Source: a virus | Virus record (IMG/VR): IMGVR_UViG_3300044716_000883 | Coordinates: 96,001 to 160,000 of that record | Reading direction: 5' to 3' (one strand) | Length of the DNA stretch: 64,000 nucleotides | In this document: in pieces, positions 9,669-18,922 of the stretch | Position numbering within the stretch: the stretch's first letter is position 1 | How the letters are laid out: every line of letters starts with the position of its first letter | Notes under the pieces: generated by a model | The model's database searches: none | What the model was told of the DNA's origin: nothing | The model's input: only the letters and a program-made list of their open reading frames with translations | Translations under genes and position numbers: made by a program

Positions 9669-11429
9669 ATGAAAAGTATAGCAAATCAATATCGTGATTT
9701 AACAGAAGGTAAAATGTCACAACAAAATTTCATGAGAAATTTACGTATGACTATGCCTCAATATGTAACTAACGTAACATCATTTGGTGATGCAGTTAAA
9801 ATACTTAAAAACAAAAGTATTATTGTTGAATCAGCAATTAAAGAAAATTTTGACTTTAATAAAGCAGCTATTGAATCTGCTACTGGCGATAAAATTAGTC
9901 ACACAGAAGAAGACGATTATGGTCAACCTATTTACTGGAGTACAAAAAATCCTAACGTAAATTACTATATTGGTAGTGACGAACAGATCATAAAATACGA
10001 TGGCGAAACTGGTGAAAGATATATAATTGGTGATTTAAGAAATTATGATGAACCATCAAATGATGATTACGAACCAGATACTGATGCTGATTACGAAGAA
10101 CCAAGAGATGATTTCGATATGGCTGGTGGTTATAACGACGGTGAATTTTGGGAAGGTCAAGGTGAAGGTGATGAAGATGCTATGTATGATGAAATGATCA
10201 AGAAAATTGAAGATGAATTAGCAGCAAGAGAAGCAGCTAATGCTCAATACGATTTAGGCGAAGAATTAAACGAAGCTGTTGGTAATTTTGAACTTAAAAA
10301 ATTAGCAAGAGAATTATATAGTGTTGCTAAAAGAGTAAATGGAGTAACAAGTGTAAAAATAGTTACATCTGATGTTAAAAATGCTGCCAGTGCTTTCCAA
10401 GCTGCCTCAAAGAAAGGAAATACTTATGCTGAAGATGCTGTGATGGTTGAATTATTTGTAAATGAAGCAGATTCATTTATTAGTATTATACTTAGTGGTT
10501 CAGCAAGATTTTTAAATCCTGTAGCTGGTGAAGTAAATAAACAAATACAAGCATTTATAAATAAAGACTACGCTAATCAATTAGAAACTCAATATGTTAA
10601 ACCTCCTAAAGACAATACTATGTTAGGAATTAACATTAGATTTATTAATAAGCCTTCAGGTGATGTAAAAGAAAGTGAAGAATTAAATGAAGCTAAAAAA
10701 CCAAATGTAGAAAAAATTGAAGATGAAAATCTTGAAGAAGTAACATTAGGTATCTTCATGGAACATGCTTGTTTCCCTGAAAAATCATACGAAGAAATTG
10801 AAAAAATCGTAAAGAAAAATGTTAAGAAAAATCCTAACTACTATACTAACTACAAGTTAACTGGTATTAGAGATTACGAATTAGAAACCATGGATTCTTC
10901 TAAGCCTGAAGATCATCAAATGAAGTTCTATACAGAAAAGACTGCAGTTGATACAGCTAGAGGAATGCAGAAAGTTAAAATGCCTAAAAAAGACGAAAAA
11001 AAAAAGTTAAAAGAAGCTAGATTTAATGTATTTGGTGAACCAAATGAGGTTGCTAAACAAGTAATGCAATTTGTAGATGGTAACGCTACATTAAAAGCTT
11101 TATCTGATGATATTCAAATTCAACAAACTAGTGACCCAAATGAAGCTCTTTTAAGATTTCAATATTGGGATGCCTTACCTGGTGAAGCAATTGAAAAATT
11201 AAAACTTCAATTTAATGTACAGCCAGATAATGATTTTGATGAAGATACTGGTGAAATTATATTTTATCGTTTAACACCATTACGTAGAGACTATGGTAAT
11301 AAAGATTTAGGTGCTTCATTTGAAAAAATGAAAAAAGAATTAGAAGAAATAGTGAATGAAGTAATAAATGAATATTACGATGGACGTGACAATTTAATTG
11401 ACCCATTAGCAGCAGAAGAAAATAACTAA
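9669..11429 (+). CDS. large acidic head-module protein (putative internal/core protein)
   Basis: 586-aa D/E-rich ORF directly before the prohead protease; many (I/L)xE sites. Confidence 0.6.
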   Translation: MKSIANQYRDLTEGKMSQQNFMRNLRMTMPQYVTNVTSFGDAVKILKNKSIIVESAIKENFDFNKAAIESATGDKISHTEEDDYGQPIYWSTKNPNVNYYIGSDEQIIKYDGETGERYIIGDLRNYDEPSNDDYEPDTDADYEEPRDDFDMAGGYNDGEFWEGQGEGDEDAMYDEMIKKIEDELAAREAANAQYDLGEELNEAVGNFELKKLARELYSVAKRVNGVTSVKIVTSDVKNAASAFQAASKKGNTYAEDAVMVELFVNEADSFISIILSGSARFLNPVAGEVNKQIQAFINKDYANQLETQYVKPPKDNTMLGINIRFINKPSGDVKESEELNEAKKPNVEKIEDENLEEVTLGIFMEHACFPEKSYEEIEKIVKKNVKKNPNYYTNYKLTGIRDYELETMDSSKPEDHQMKFYTEKTAVDTARGMQKVKMPKKDEKKKLKEARFNVFGEPNEVAKQVMQFVDGNATLKALSDDIQIQQTSDPNEALLRFQYWDALPGEAIEKLKLQFNVQPDNDFDEDTGEIIFYRLTPLRRDYGNKDLGASFEKMKKELEEIVNEVINEYYDGRDNLIDPLAAEENN

Positions 11430-11430
11430 T

Positions 11431-12039
11431 ATGAAAGCATTATTAATAGACCACACACCATTCCATATAGCTAAATTAACGCTATCAGAAGGTAAAAATG
11501 TACCTGGTGGAAGAATGCGTGTTAAAGGCAAATTACAAGAATCTGAAGTTAAAAATGGTAATGGTCGTGTTTATCCTAAAGAAGTATTACAACGTGAAGT
11601 TGAAAAATACATGGAAGGACCAATCAAAACCAATACTGCATTAGGTGAATTAGACCACCCAGAATCTACAATCGTTAACTTAAATAACGTATCACACAAC
11701 ATTAAAAAAGTTTGGTGGGAAGGTAATGATTTAATGGGTGAATTAGAATTATTAAATACACCAGCAGGTAAAATTGCACAAGAAATTATATCAGCAGGTA
11801 TTCCATTAGGTATTTCATCTCGTGGTATGGGTTCAGTACGTCAAATTGGCGAAACTGTAGAAGTACAAGACGATTTTGAATTATTATGTTGGGATCTTGT
11901 ATCAGTACCATCAACTCCTGGCGCTTATATGTCATTAGCTGAAGGTAAAAAAGCACAATCTGGTAAAGATTATAGTAAAGTAAATGGTTTAATTACCGAA
12001 ATTATCTGTAACGCAACAGGAGTTTGTCCTCTTTGCTAG
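11431..12039 (+). CDS. gp21: prohead core protease (T4 gp21-like)
   Basis: NGNGRVYP, GELDHP (catalytic His), GISSRGMGS (catalytic Ser), WDLVSVPSTPGA. Confidence 0.93.
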   Translation: MKALLIDHTPFHIAKLTLSEGKNVPGGRMRVKGKLQESEVKNGNGRVYPKEVLQREVEKYMEGPIKTNTALGELDHPESTIVNLNNVSHNIKKVWWEGNDLMGELELLNTPAGKIAQEIISAGIPLGISSRGMGSVRQIGETVEVQDDFELLCWDLVSVPSTPGAYMSLAEGKKAQSGKDYSKVNGLITEIICNATGVCPLC

Positions 12040-12184
12040 CAGTTCACGGTTTTCAATATCTACATATATTTATGGGTAACCTAGAATGGGTTGCCCATCT
12101 TTTTGCAACTCGGGTATTACTAAACCCCACATTAAGATTCCTAATAATCTTATTTCCGTAATCAAATTTAAGGAGAAAAAACAA

Positions 12185-13291
12185 ATGAGTAACAAAGACT
12201 TATTCAAAGAGGCTATCGCCGACGCTAAAGCCGTTCGCGAAGCAGCGTTAGCAAACGCAAAGGTCGCTCTTGAAGAAGCTTTAGCTCCAAAACTTCAATC
12301 TATGTTAGCTGCAAAGTTACAAGAAATGGAGTCTGAAGAAGCTGAAGATCTTGACGAAGTAGACCACAGCTCTGACAGTCACTCAACAGATGACATCTGG
12401 CATACCCGCGCTCACGCTGCAGGTCAAGCTGATGCAATTGGTGAAGCTGAAGATGCTGAGTTAGAAGAAGATTTCGATTTATCTGAAATCTTAGCTGAAT
12501 TAAGTGATGAAAAAGAACTTGACGAAGCAAAAGATGAAGATGAAATGAATGAAGCTAAAGACGAAGAAAAAATGGATGAAGCTAAAGAAGAATCTGAAGA
12601 AGAAGAAGAAGACGAAGAGTCTGAAGAAGAATCTGAAGAAGAAGAAGCTGAAGGCGACAAAATCACTGACTTAACTGTTGATGAACTAAAAGACATTATC
12701 AAAGACATCATCTCTGCTGAATTAGAAGCTGAAGAAATGGAAACACCAGAAGACGAAGCTGGCGAAGAAGGTGGCGAAGAAATGGATATGGGCATGGACA
12801 TGGGCGGTGAAGAAGTTGATGGTGAAGAAGAAATCGCTATTGACGAAGAAATCGATTTAGAAGAATTATTAGCTGAATTAGATTCTTTAGAAGAAGCTGA
12901 CGACGACAAAGACGACATGTATGAAGCTAAAGAAGACAAAGAAGAAATGGAAGAAGCATTAGCTACTATCCAAACTCTAAGAAACGAGTTAAACGAAGTA
13001 AACTTATTAAACGCTAAGTTACTTTATGTTAACAAAGTATTCAAAGCTAAAAACTTAACTGAATCACAAAAATTAAAAGTAATTGCTCAATTCGATAAAG
13101 CAACTACTGCACAAGAAGCAAAAACTATTTTTGAATCAATGAATAATGCTATTGCACAATCTGCAAAGAAAAGCACAATCAAAGAATCATTAGGATTCGC
13201 TTCAAAAGCTGCTGGTATGGCTCCACAAAAACAAATCGTACAAGTTGACGAAACTGTTTCTAGATGGCAAATGTTAGCAGGTATTAAATAA
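12185..13291 (+). CDS. gp22: prohead scaffolding protein (T4 gp22-like)
   Basis: Highly acidic, coiled-coil C-terminus (ELNEVNLLNAKLLY), between protease and capsid gene; start moved to ATG 12185 (AGGAG 9 nt upstream). Confidence 0.85.
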   Translation: MSNKDLFKEAIADAKAVREAALANAKVALEEALAPKLQSMLAAKLQEMESEEAEDLDEVDHSSDSHSTDDIWHTRAHAAGQADAIGEAEDAELEEDFDLSEILAELSDEKELDEAKDEDEMNEAKDEEKMDEAKEESEEEEEDEESEEESEEEEAEGDKITDLTVDELKDIIKDIISAELEAEEMETPEDEAGEEGGEEMDMGMDMGGEEVDGEEEIAIDEEIDLEELLAELDSLEEADDDKDDMYEAKEDKEEMEEALATIQTLRNELNEVNLLNAKLLYVNKVFKAKNLTESQKLKVIAQFDKATTAQEAKTIFESMNNAIAQSAKKSTIKESLGFASKAAGMAPQKQIVQVDETVSRWQMLAGIK

Positions 13292-13325
13292 ACAAATATT
13301 TTTTAAAAACAAATCTCGTTTAAAA

Positions 13326-14912
13326 ATGAACGTACAACAATTATTAGAGAGCTCTAACCAATACAAGAGTATTATGGAAGACTCTAAAAAATTGTCTGCT
13401 AAGTGGGAAAAATCAGGCCTTTTAGAAGGTATGAAATCTACTTCAGACAAGAACACAATGGCTATGCTATTGGAAAACCAAGCTAAGCAGTTAGTAACTG
13501 AAGCTTCTCAAACTGGTACTCAATCAGCTGGTGCTGGTGCATATTCTGGTGAAAGCTGGAATGGTGTTGCATTACCATTAGTTCGCCGCGTATTCGGTGA
13601 AATCGCTGCTAAAGAATTCGTTAGCGTACAACCAATGAACTTACCTTCAGGTCTTGTATTCTATCTTGATTTCAAATACGGTACAACTAACCAACCTTTA
13701 ACTGCTGGTGGTTCTTTATATGGTGCTAATGCATCTTCAAACGTAACTGATATTGCTTCAGCTTCATTATATGGTGCTGGTAAGTTCGGTTACTCAATCA
13801 ACCAATACACTGCATCTGTTACTGCAACTACATCTTCAGCTACTTGGGCTGACTTTAACTTAGATTCAGCTTACTCAGCTTCTGCTGCTGCTGGTCAGTT
13901 CGTTAAAGTAAACGTTGCTTTACCTAGTAACCATGATTCTAAAGGTGTTCGCGCTTTCGTTATCACTTCAGGTTCATTCATTACTGTAGGTAACAACTTA
14001 CAAGCTTTCACAACTGTATCTAACAATACAGCTTCTTTCGTAATTACAGGTTCATCTGTAGGTGTTGCTGCTCCAGCTGTAACATTATTCTACGATGTAC
14101 AACCTACAGATATCTCTCGTGGTGATTTCGAAGACGGCTCTACTAAAGTAGGTGCTCCTACAACTATCGCTATCCCAGAAATTAACGTACAGTTAAAATC
14201 TGAAGCAATCGTTGCTAAGACTCGTAAGTTAAAAGCACAATGGACTCCAGAATTCGCTCAAGATTTAAACGCTTACCATAGTGTTGATGCTGAAGCTGAA
14301 TTAACTGGTATCTTATCTCAGTACATTTCTATGGAAATTGATCTTGAGATCTTAGATATGTTAATCCAAAACGCTTTCACAGTTGACCAATGGTCAGCAG
14401 TTAACAACCAAGCTTTATCAGCTGCAGGTGTTGCTACTAACTTAGGTTACTACAATACTCAAGGTGGTTGGTTCCAAACTTTAGGTACAAAATTACAAAA
14501 AGTATCTAACACAATCCATCAGTTAACTTTAAGAGGTGGTGCTAATTTCTTAGTTACTTCTCCTACAGTTGCTACTATCTTAGAATCTATCCCTGGATTC
14601 GCTGCAGATGGTGATGGTGAGAAAATGGAATTCAACTTTGGTATCCAAAAGGTTGGTTCTTTAAACAGTCGTTATAAGGTTTACAAAAACCCTTACATGA
14701 CTGAGAACGTAATCTTAATGGGTTACAAAGGTGCTCAATTCTTAGAATGTGGTGCTGTATTTGCTCCTTACGTTCCATTGATCATGACTCCATTATTATA
14801 CGATCCGGCTACATTTACTCCACGTAAAGGTCTTATGACTCGTTACGCGAAGAAAATGATCCGTCCTGACTACTATGGTAAGATCAATGTTGCTGGTTTA
14901 AATACTCTTTAA
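13326..14912 (+). CDS. gp23: major capsid protein (T4 gp23-like)
   Basis: LPLVRRVF, VQPMNLPSGLVFYLDF, AKTRKLKAQWTPEFAQDLNAYH, FAPYVPL, PRKGLMTRY; strong high-expression codon bias. Confidence 0.96.
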   Translation: MNVQQLLESSNQYKSIMEDSKKLSAKWEKSGLLEGMKSTSDKNTMAMLLENQAKQLVTEASQTGTQSAGAGAYSGESWNGVALPLVRRVFGEIAAKEFVSVQPMNLPSGLVFYLDFKYGTTNQPLTAGGSLYGANASSNVTDIASASLYGAGKFGYSINQYTASVTATTSSATWADFNLDSAYSASAAAGQFVKVNVALPSNHDSKGVRAFVITSGSFITVGNNLQAFTTVSNNTASFVITGSSVGVAAPAVTLFYDVQPTDISRGDFEDGSTKVGAPTTIAIPEINVQLKSEAIVAKTRKLKAQWTPEFAQDLNAYHSVDAEAELTGILSQYISMEIDLEILDMLIQNAFTVDQWSAVNNQALSAAGVATNLGYYNTQGGWFQTLGTKLQKVSNTIHQLTLRGGANFLVTSPTVATILESIPGFAADGDGEKMEFNFGIQKVGSLNSRYKVYKNPYMTENVILMGYKGAQFLECGAVFAPYVPLIMTPLLYDPATFTPRKGLMTRYAKKMIRPDYYGKINVAGLNTL

Positions 14913-14953
14913 TCCAATAACTTCCCCCCTATAGTCTCAGTATTATAGGTCTG

Positions 14954-14985
14954 GTGCCTAACCCCGTAAGGTTAGGCACTTTTTT
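14954..14985 (+). terminator. intrinsic terminator after the capsid gene
   Basis: gtgcctaacc-ccgtaa-ggttaggcac, perfect 10-bp stem + tttttt. Confidence 0.9.
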
Positions 14986-15052
14986 GCATATGTATACACG
15001 GTACCAACCAAATGCGCGTTTTGCATTTTTTCACCAAAACCCCATTTGAAAC

Positions 15053-15160
15053 ATGGAGCATTTAGCATTCATGCTACACTGGCACTTTTTGTTAGGCGTA
15101 GTAGTTGGTGTAGTGGCAGGCCCACACATCAAAAAATTGGTTTCTAAATTTAAAAAATAA
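15053..15160 (+). CDS. 35-aa single-pass membrane peptide (not in ORF track)
   Basis: MEHLAFMLHWHFLLGVVVGVVAGPHIKKLVSKFKK; hydrophobic core with basic tail; followed by its own terminator. Confidence 0.6.
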   Translation: MEHLAFMLHWHFLLGVVVGVVAGPHIKKLVSKFKK

Positions 15161-15167
15161 ACCAAAT

Positions 15168-15195
15168 GGCCCTCAAGAAATTGAGGGTCTTTTTG
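15168..15195 (+). terminator. intrinsic terminator (GAAA loop)
   Basis: ggccctcaa-GAAA-ttgagggtc + tttttg. Confidence 0.85.
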
Positions 15196-15225
15196 TTATA
15201 TTTATATATAACCAAATATAGTTAC

Positions 15226-15894
15226 ATGAAGGAGCCTAATCGCGAGAGAAAAACTGAAATTAAGTCTATAAACGCTCTACAATTAAACGAAGAGCAAAAA
15301 GAGGCAAAAAGATTAATAATTGAAAACCAAGTAGTGGTTATAACGGGTAGAGCAGGAAGTGGTAAGTCATTAGTATGTGCTCAAGCAGCCCTAGATTTTC
15401 TTAAGAAAAAACAAGTTGAGTGTATTTACAATACACGTGCCGCTGTGGAAGTTGGTAAGTCATTAGGATTCTTACCTGGTGATATCAATGGTAAATTTGA
15501 CCCATACATGGAGGCATTACTAGAAAACCTAAACAAATGCTGCTCAGATAAAAAAGAAGTAACTAAACTAGTAGAGGATGGTAAAGTAAAAGCACTACCA
15601 GTCCAGTTCATCCGTGGTAAAACAATTGACGATATTCTGATAGTCGAGGAGGCACAAAACCTAACTAAAGGTGAGATGCTAGCCATATTGACCCGTCTGG
15701 GGAAAACTGGTAAGATTGTTATTAACGGCGACAATGAACAAACCGATATCAACTCCAAAACAGGCGAAATCAACGGCTTAAGTTACGTTATCGAATTATC
15801 CAAAAAACTTGAGGAAATCAAGTGGATTAAGCTGAAGGAGAACCACCGTTCCGATTTAGTAGGTAAGATACTCGAATTTGAATATGGAAAGTAA
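15226..15894 (+). CDS. phoH: PhoH-like ATPase
   Basis: GRAGSGKS Walker A, RAAVEVG, LGFLPGD, FIRGKT, EEAQN, GDNEQTD; start moved to ATG 15226, past the terminator. Confidence 0.92.
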   Translation: MKEPNRERKTEIKSINALQLNEEQKEAKRLIIENQVVVITGRAGSGKSLVCAQAALDFLKKKQVECIYNTRAAVEVGKSLGFLPGDINGKFDPYMEALLENLNKCCSDKKEVTKLVEDGKVKALPVQFIRGKTIDDILIVEEAQNLTKGEMLAILTRLGKTGKIVINGDNEQTDINSKTGEINGLSYVIELSKKLEEIKWIKLKENHRSDLVGKILEFEYGK

Positions 15895-15951
15895 TAACTA
15901 GCCAATATTTATACGTGTTAAATACTACTTAAACAATAAGGAACTCACAAT

Positions 15952-17946
15952 ATGGCAAAAATTGCTCAAAACATTAAAAATCTATATGACGTATATAGTG
16001 GTGATTCTTTTAGATTTTTACCAATCATTGCTGGCAACACTCCATTTGGATATTACGACAATGATACAGAATTTGTAAGAGATGCCAGAAGTGTATGTGG
16101 TTTTGTTGCTATCCATTTAGGAATTGGTGGATTAAAAAAAACACCTATAAACGCTGTCAGTGACATGACAGTACTTGCTACTTTTGAAGAAGCAGTTACC
16201 ACTTATGGTAACATGGTTTACCAATACAAAATTAGAGATAACTATATTAATATGGAAGGTGGTGATACATTACCTTTCATGAATAATACTACCACATTTG
16301 TTGTTAGTGATGATATTAATTCTCCTGTAAGTTGGTCTGCAGCTAGAAATGCAACCTGGAAAGAAATTGAATATGATGTTGCATATTCTCAATCAATTGT
16401 AGATAGTGAAATTTTTGTTATATCATCATCAGTATCTGATTACATTGCTCCTGATTTTGATTATATTAAATCATTTGGTTTTACATCTCCTTATTCTAGT
16501 TCATTATATGGTTTTTTAGATTTAAACCAATATAATAATAACCAATTTAATAGAATTGGTGGACCAACTGTCAGAACTCCTTATTATAATGTTAATAGTG
16601 GATCTTATGATTTTAGTAGCTACACAGCTGCTAATAGTGTGTTTTCAATCACAGGTAGTAATACAGTTAAAATACAATTTAAAATAACAGCATCAACTGA
16701 AACAGATACTGCAACTATATTTTATATTCCAACGGGTAGTACATCAGCTCTTACAGCACAAAATATTGCTAATAAAATAACAAATGTTTCTCTTGGAACT
16801 TTTGGTACAGCAGTAGCAGTAACAACCGGATCTACACCTACAACATTATCATTTACTTCATCCTTATCTCTTAATTACAATATTGCTAATTATAAAGTAA
16901 ATAATACAACAATATTTTCAAATGTAACATCAGGGTCTAATTTTGAAATAACAGAAGGTAATACCTATGTTTATTATTTTCCAACCGATCCTTTAATACA
17001 AGGTGGATCTAATGTATTTGGCACTGACCCAATCCCTACAACATACATCCAATCAAACCTAAACCCAGCATTAAACGATAAAATAATAAGTAATAACTTT
17101 ACTACTATAACATCCGTTATTGCTGATGGTTATGGTGCTGAAGCTGAAGTTGGTGGTAGTTATGATGTTAAAAAAGGGAAATTAGATGTAAAAGCTGGTA
17201 CTCAAGATTATGATTTAAATGCTTGGGCTGCTGTTTCTGCATCATTAAGCGGAAGTGGAGATAGAATTGAAATTAGAAGAATATTTCACGAACAATCACC
17301 TGCAATTGCTCGTTATTTTGATCCATATGCGGGTACAGGTACTGGTATTCAATCATTACTTGAAACATTTGGGTTTGGTCAATTTTCTCCTGGTATTAAT
17401 TTCTTACTAATGCCTATATCGTTTGATGCTATGAAGCTTCAAGCAATTGAATTAAATGATCAAATCAGAAAATCAGGATATTCATTTGATTTAGTAAATA
17501 ATCAATTAAAAATATTCCCTATCCCCGATAGAGATATGAATTATTACTTTGAATATGTTACTATAAGTCAAAAGAATGAAATCATTAGAGACACCAGACC
17601 TAATATTATTGCTGATGTAATGAGTGTTCCTTATAGAAATCCAATCTATATGAACATTAATACTGTTGGTAGAATGTGGATTTTTAAATACACAGCTGCA
17701 TTATGCAAAGAAATAGAAGGTGAATCAGTTTCAAAAATTGATGCTGGTACACCACCACAAACACCTTACTATAAAGGTGGTGAACTAATAGCATCTGCTA
17801 GAACAGAAAAAGAAAATCTAATTAACGAATTAAAGGAAATGTTGAATGAAACATCTCGTAGAAATCAACTAGAAAGAAAACAACTAGAATCACAATATCT
17901 ACGTGATACATTACAACAAGTACCTTTACCAATCTATATATTGTAA
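15952..17946 (+). CDS. neck/head-completion protein (T4 gp13-like) with large S/T-rich insertion
   Basis: Position after the capsid gene; C-terminal EIRRIFH...RYFDPY...LKIFPIP...KYTAALCKE and final helix resemble gp13-like adaptors. Confidence 0.65.
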   Translation: MAKIAQNIKNLYDVYSGDSFRFLPIIAGNTPFGYYDNDTEFVRDARSVCGFVAIHLGIGGLKKTPINAVSDMTVLATFEEAVTTYGNMVYQYKIRDNYINMEGGDTLPFMNNTTTFVVSDDINSPVSWSAARNATWKEIEYDVAYSQSIVDSEIFVISSSVSDYIAPDFDYIKSFGFTSPYSSSLYGFLDLNQYNNNQFNRIGGPTVRTPYYNVNSGSYDFSSYTAANSVFSITGSNTVKIQFKITASTETDTATIFYIPTGSTSALTAQNIANKITNVSLGTFGTAVAVTTGSTPTTLSFTSSLSLNYNIANYKVNNTTIFSNVTSGSNFEITEGNTYVYYFPTDPLIQGGSNVFGTDPIPTTYIQSNLNPALNDKIISNNFTTITSVIADGYGAEAEVGGSYDVKKGKLDVKAGTQDYDLNAWAAVSASLSGSGDRIEIRRIFHEQSPAIARYFDPYAGTGTGIQSLLETFGFGQFSPGINFLLMPISFDAMKLQAIELNDQIRKSGYSFDLVNNQLKIFPIPDRDMNYYFEYVTISQKNEIIRDTRPNIIADVMSVPYRNPIYMNINTVGRMWIFKYTAALCKEIEGESVSKIDAGTPPQTPYYKGGELIASARTEKENLINELKEMLNETSRRNQLERKQLESQYLRDTLQQVPLPIYIL

Positions 17947-18572
17947 TGAGATTATCATATTACCCTATATTACAATATGGACCTAATGATAAAAGGAAAA
18001 TTGGTCAAGGCCAAACCACAAAAATAGATGATGATATTGTTTTAGATCCCCCAGATCTGGGAGGAACTGGAACCGGAGCCCTAGACCCACCAATTTTATC
18101 CTCATCCTATGACCCAGGCCCTGGAAGTTCAGGCACTGTGCCTACACCACAAGCTGATAGAATATTACTTGGAGTAGTTCAGTATTATAAAATTGATTTG
18201 TATAACACTAAATCAAATCTTTATGGTGAATCAACTGAAAAGTGGTATTACCCCCCATATACTATAAACTGTAACATTGAAAGAAGTGATATTACTTTTA
18301 CAGACACTGAATATGGAGTTGATGAAAATCAAACAATAAATGTATTTGTTACAACAGATGAACTATATAAAAATAACATTACACCAGAAGTTGGAGATAT
18401 ATTTGTAGATGCAGGAAGATACTTTGAAGTAAATGGAGTAAATAAAATACTTACTCCTGATCAGCTTGGAGGATTCCAAACAAACGGATCACCAGTATAT
18501 GTTATAGACTATGTTATAACTGGATATTTAACAAGAACAAGCAAATTAAACTTAGTAAAATATAGCTCATAA
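17946..18572 (+). CDS. neck protein (T4 gp14-like head completion)
   Basis: YYKIDLYNTKSNLYGE, PEVGDI, YFEV motifs; coupled to the gp13-like gene. Confidence 0.65.
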   Translation: MRLSYYPILQYGPNDKRKIGQGQTTKIDDDIVLDPPDLGGTGTGALDPPILSSSYDPGPGSSGTVPTPQADRILLGVVQYYKIDLYNTKSNLYGESTEKWYYPPYTINCNIERSDITFTDTEYGVDENQTINVFVTTDELYKNNITPEVGDIFVDAGRYFEVNGVNKILTPDQLGGFQTNGSPVYVIDYVITGYLTRTSKLNLVKYSS

Positions 18573-18913
18573 TGGGATTATTAGGTAAAATATTATTAAA
18601 CGAAGGTATAACCATTTTTAAATGTGATATTCTTGTAAAAACAGCTGCCGATCAAAACAAGGTAGAAATTTACAATGAAATTAGAGCATTAGAAAATGTT
18701 GTGGTTGTTACTATTGAGCAAAGTGATTTCTTAAATAGAAAAGCAACTCCACAACACGAATATTCTTTATTAAAATTAAAGTATATTGGTAGAGGTGATG
18801 CTAAAACATCAATTAAACAAATTGGTATTGATGCTGTAACTAAAAATAGAATACCGGGATTATTGCAATTTATTCCTCGTTATGACACAATTGTTAAAGT
18901 AGGATCTTATTAA
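18572..18913 (+). CDS. hypothetical virion protein
   Basis: TAATG-coupled; N-terminal ILLNE. Confidence 0.55.
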   Translation: MGLLGKILLNEGITIFKCDILVKTAADQNKVEIYNEIRALENVVVVTIEQSDFLNRKATPQHEYSLLKLKYIGRGDAKTSIKQIGIDAVTKNRIPGLLQFIPRYDTIVKVGSY

Positions 18914-18922
18914 AAATAGTAA

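Noticed and set aside
12424-12939. 171-aa Ser-rich minus-strand ORF
   Set aside because: Antisense shadow of the Glu-rich scaffold (GAA read as TTC/TCT); no independent signal.
12086-15225. Upstream starts given in the ORF track (12086, 15166; likewise 2353, 3422, 4178)
   Set aside because: They lie inside hairpins, terminators or the previous gene, or upstream of the promoter motif; downstream ATGs fit better.
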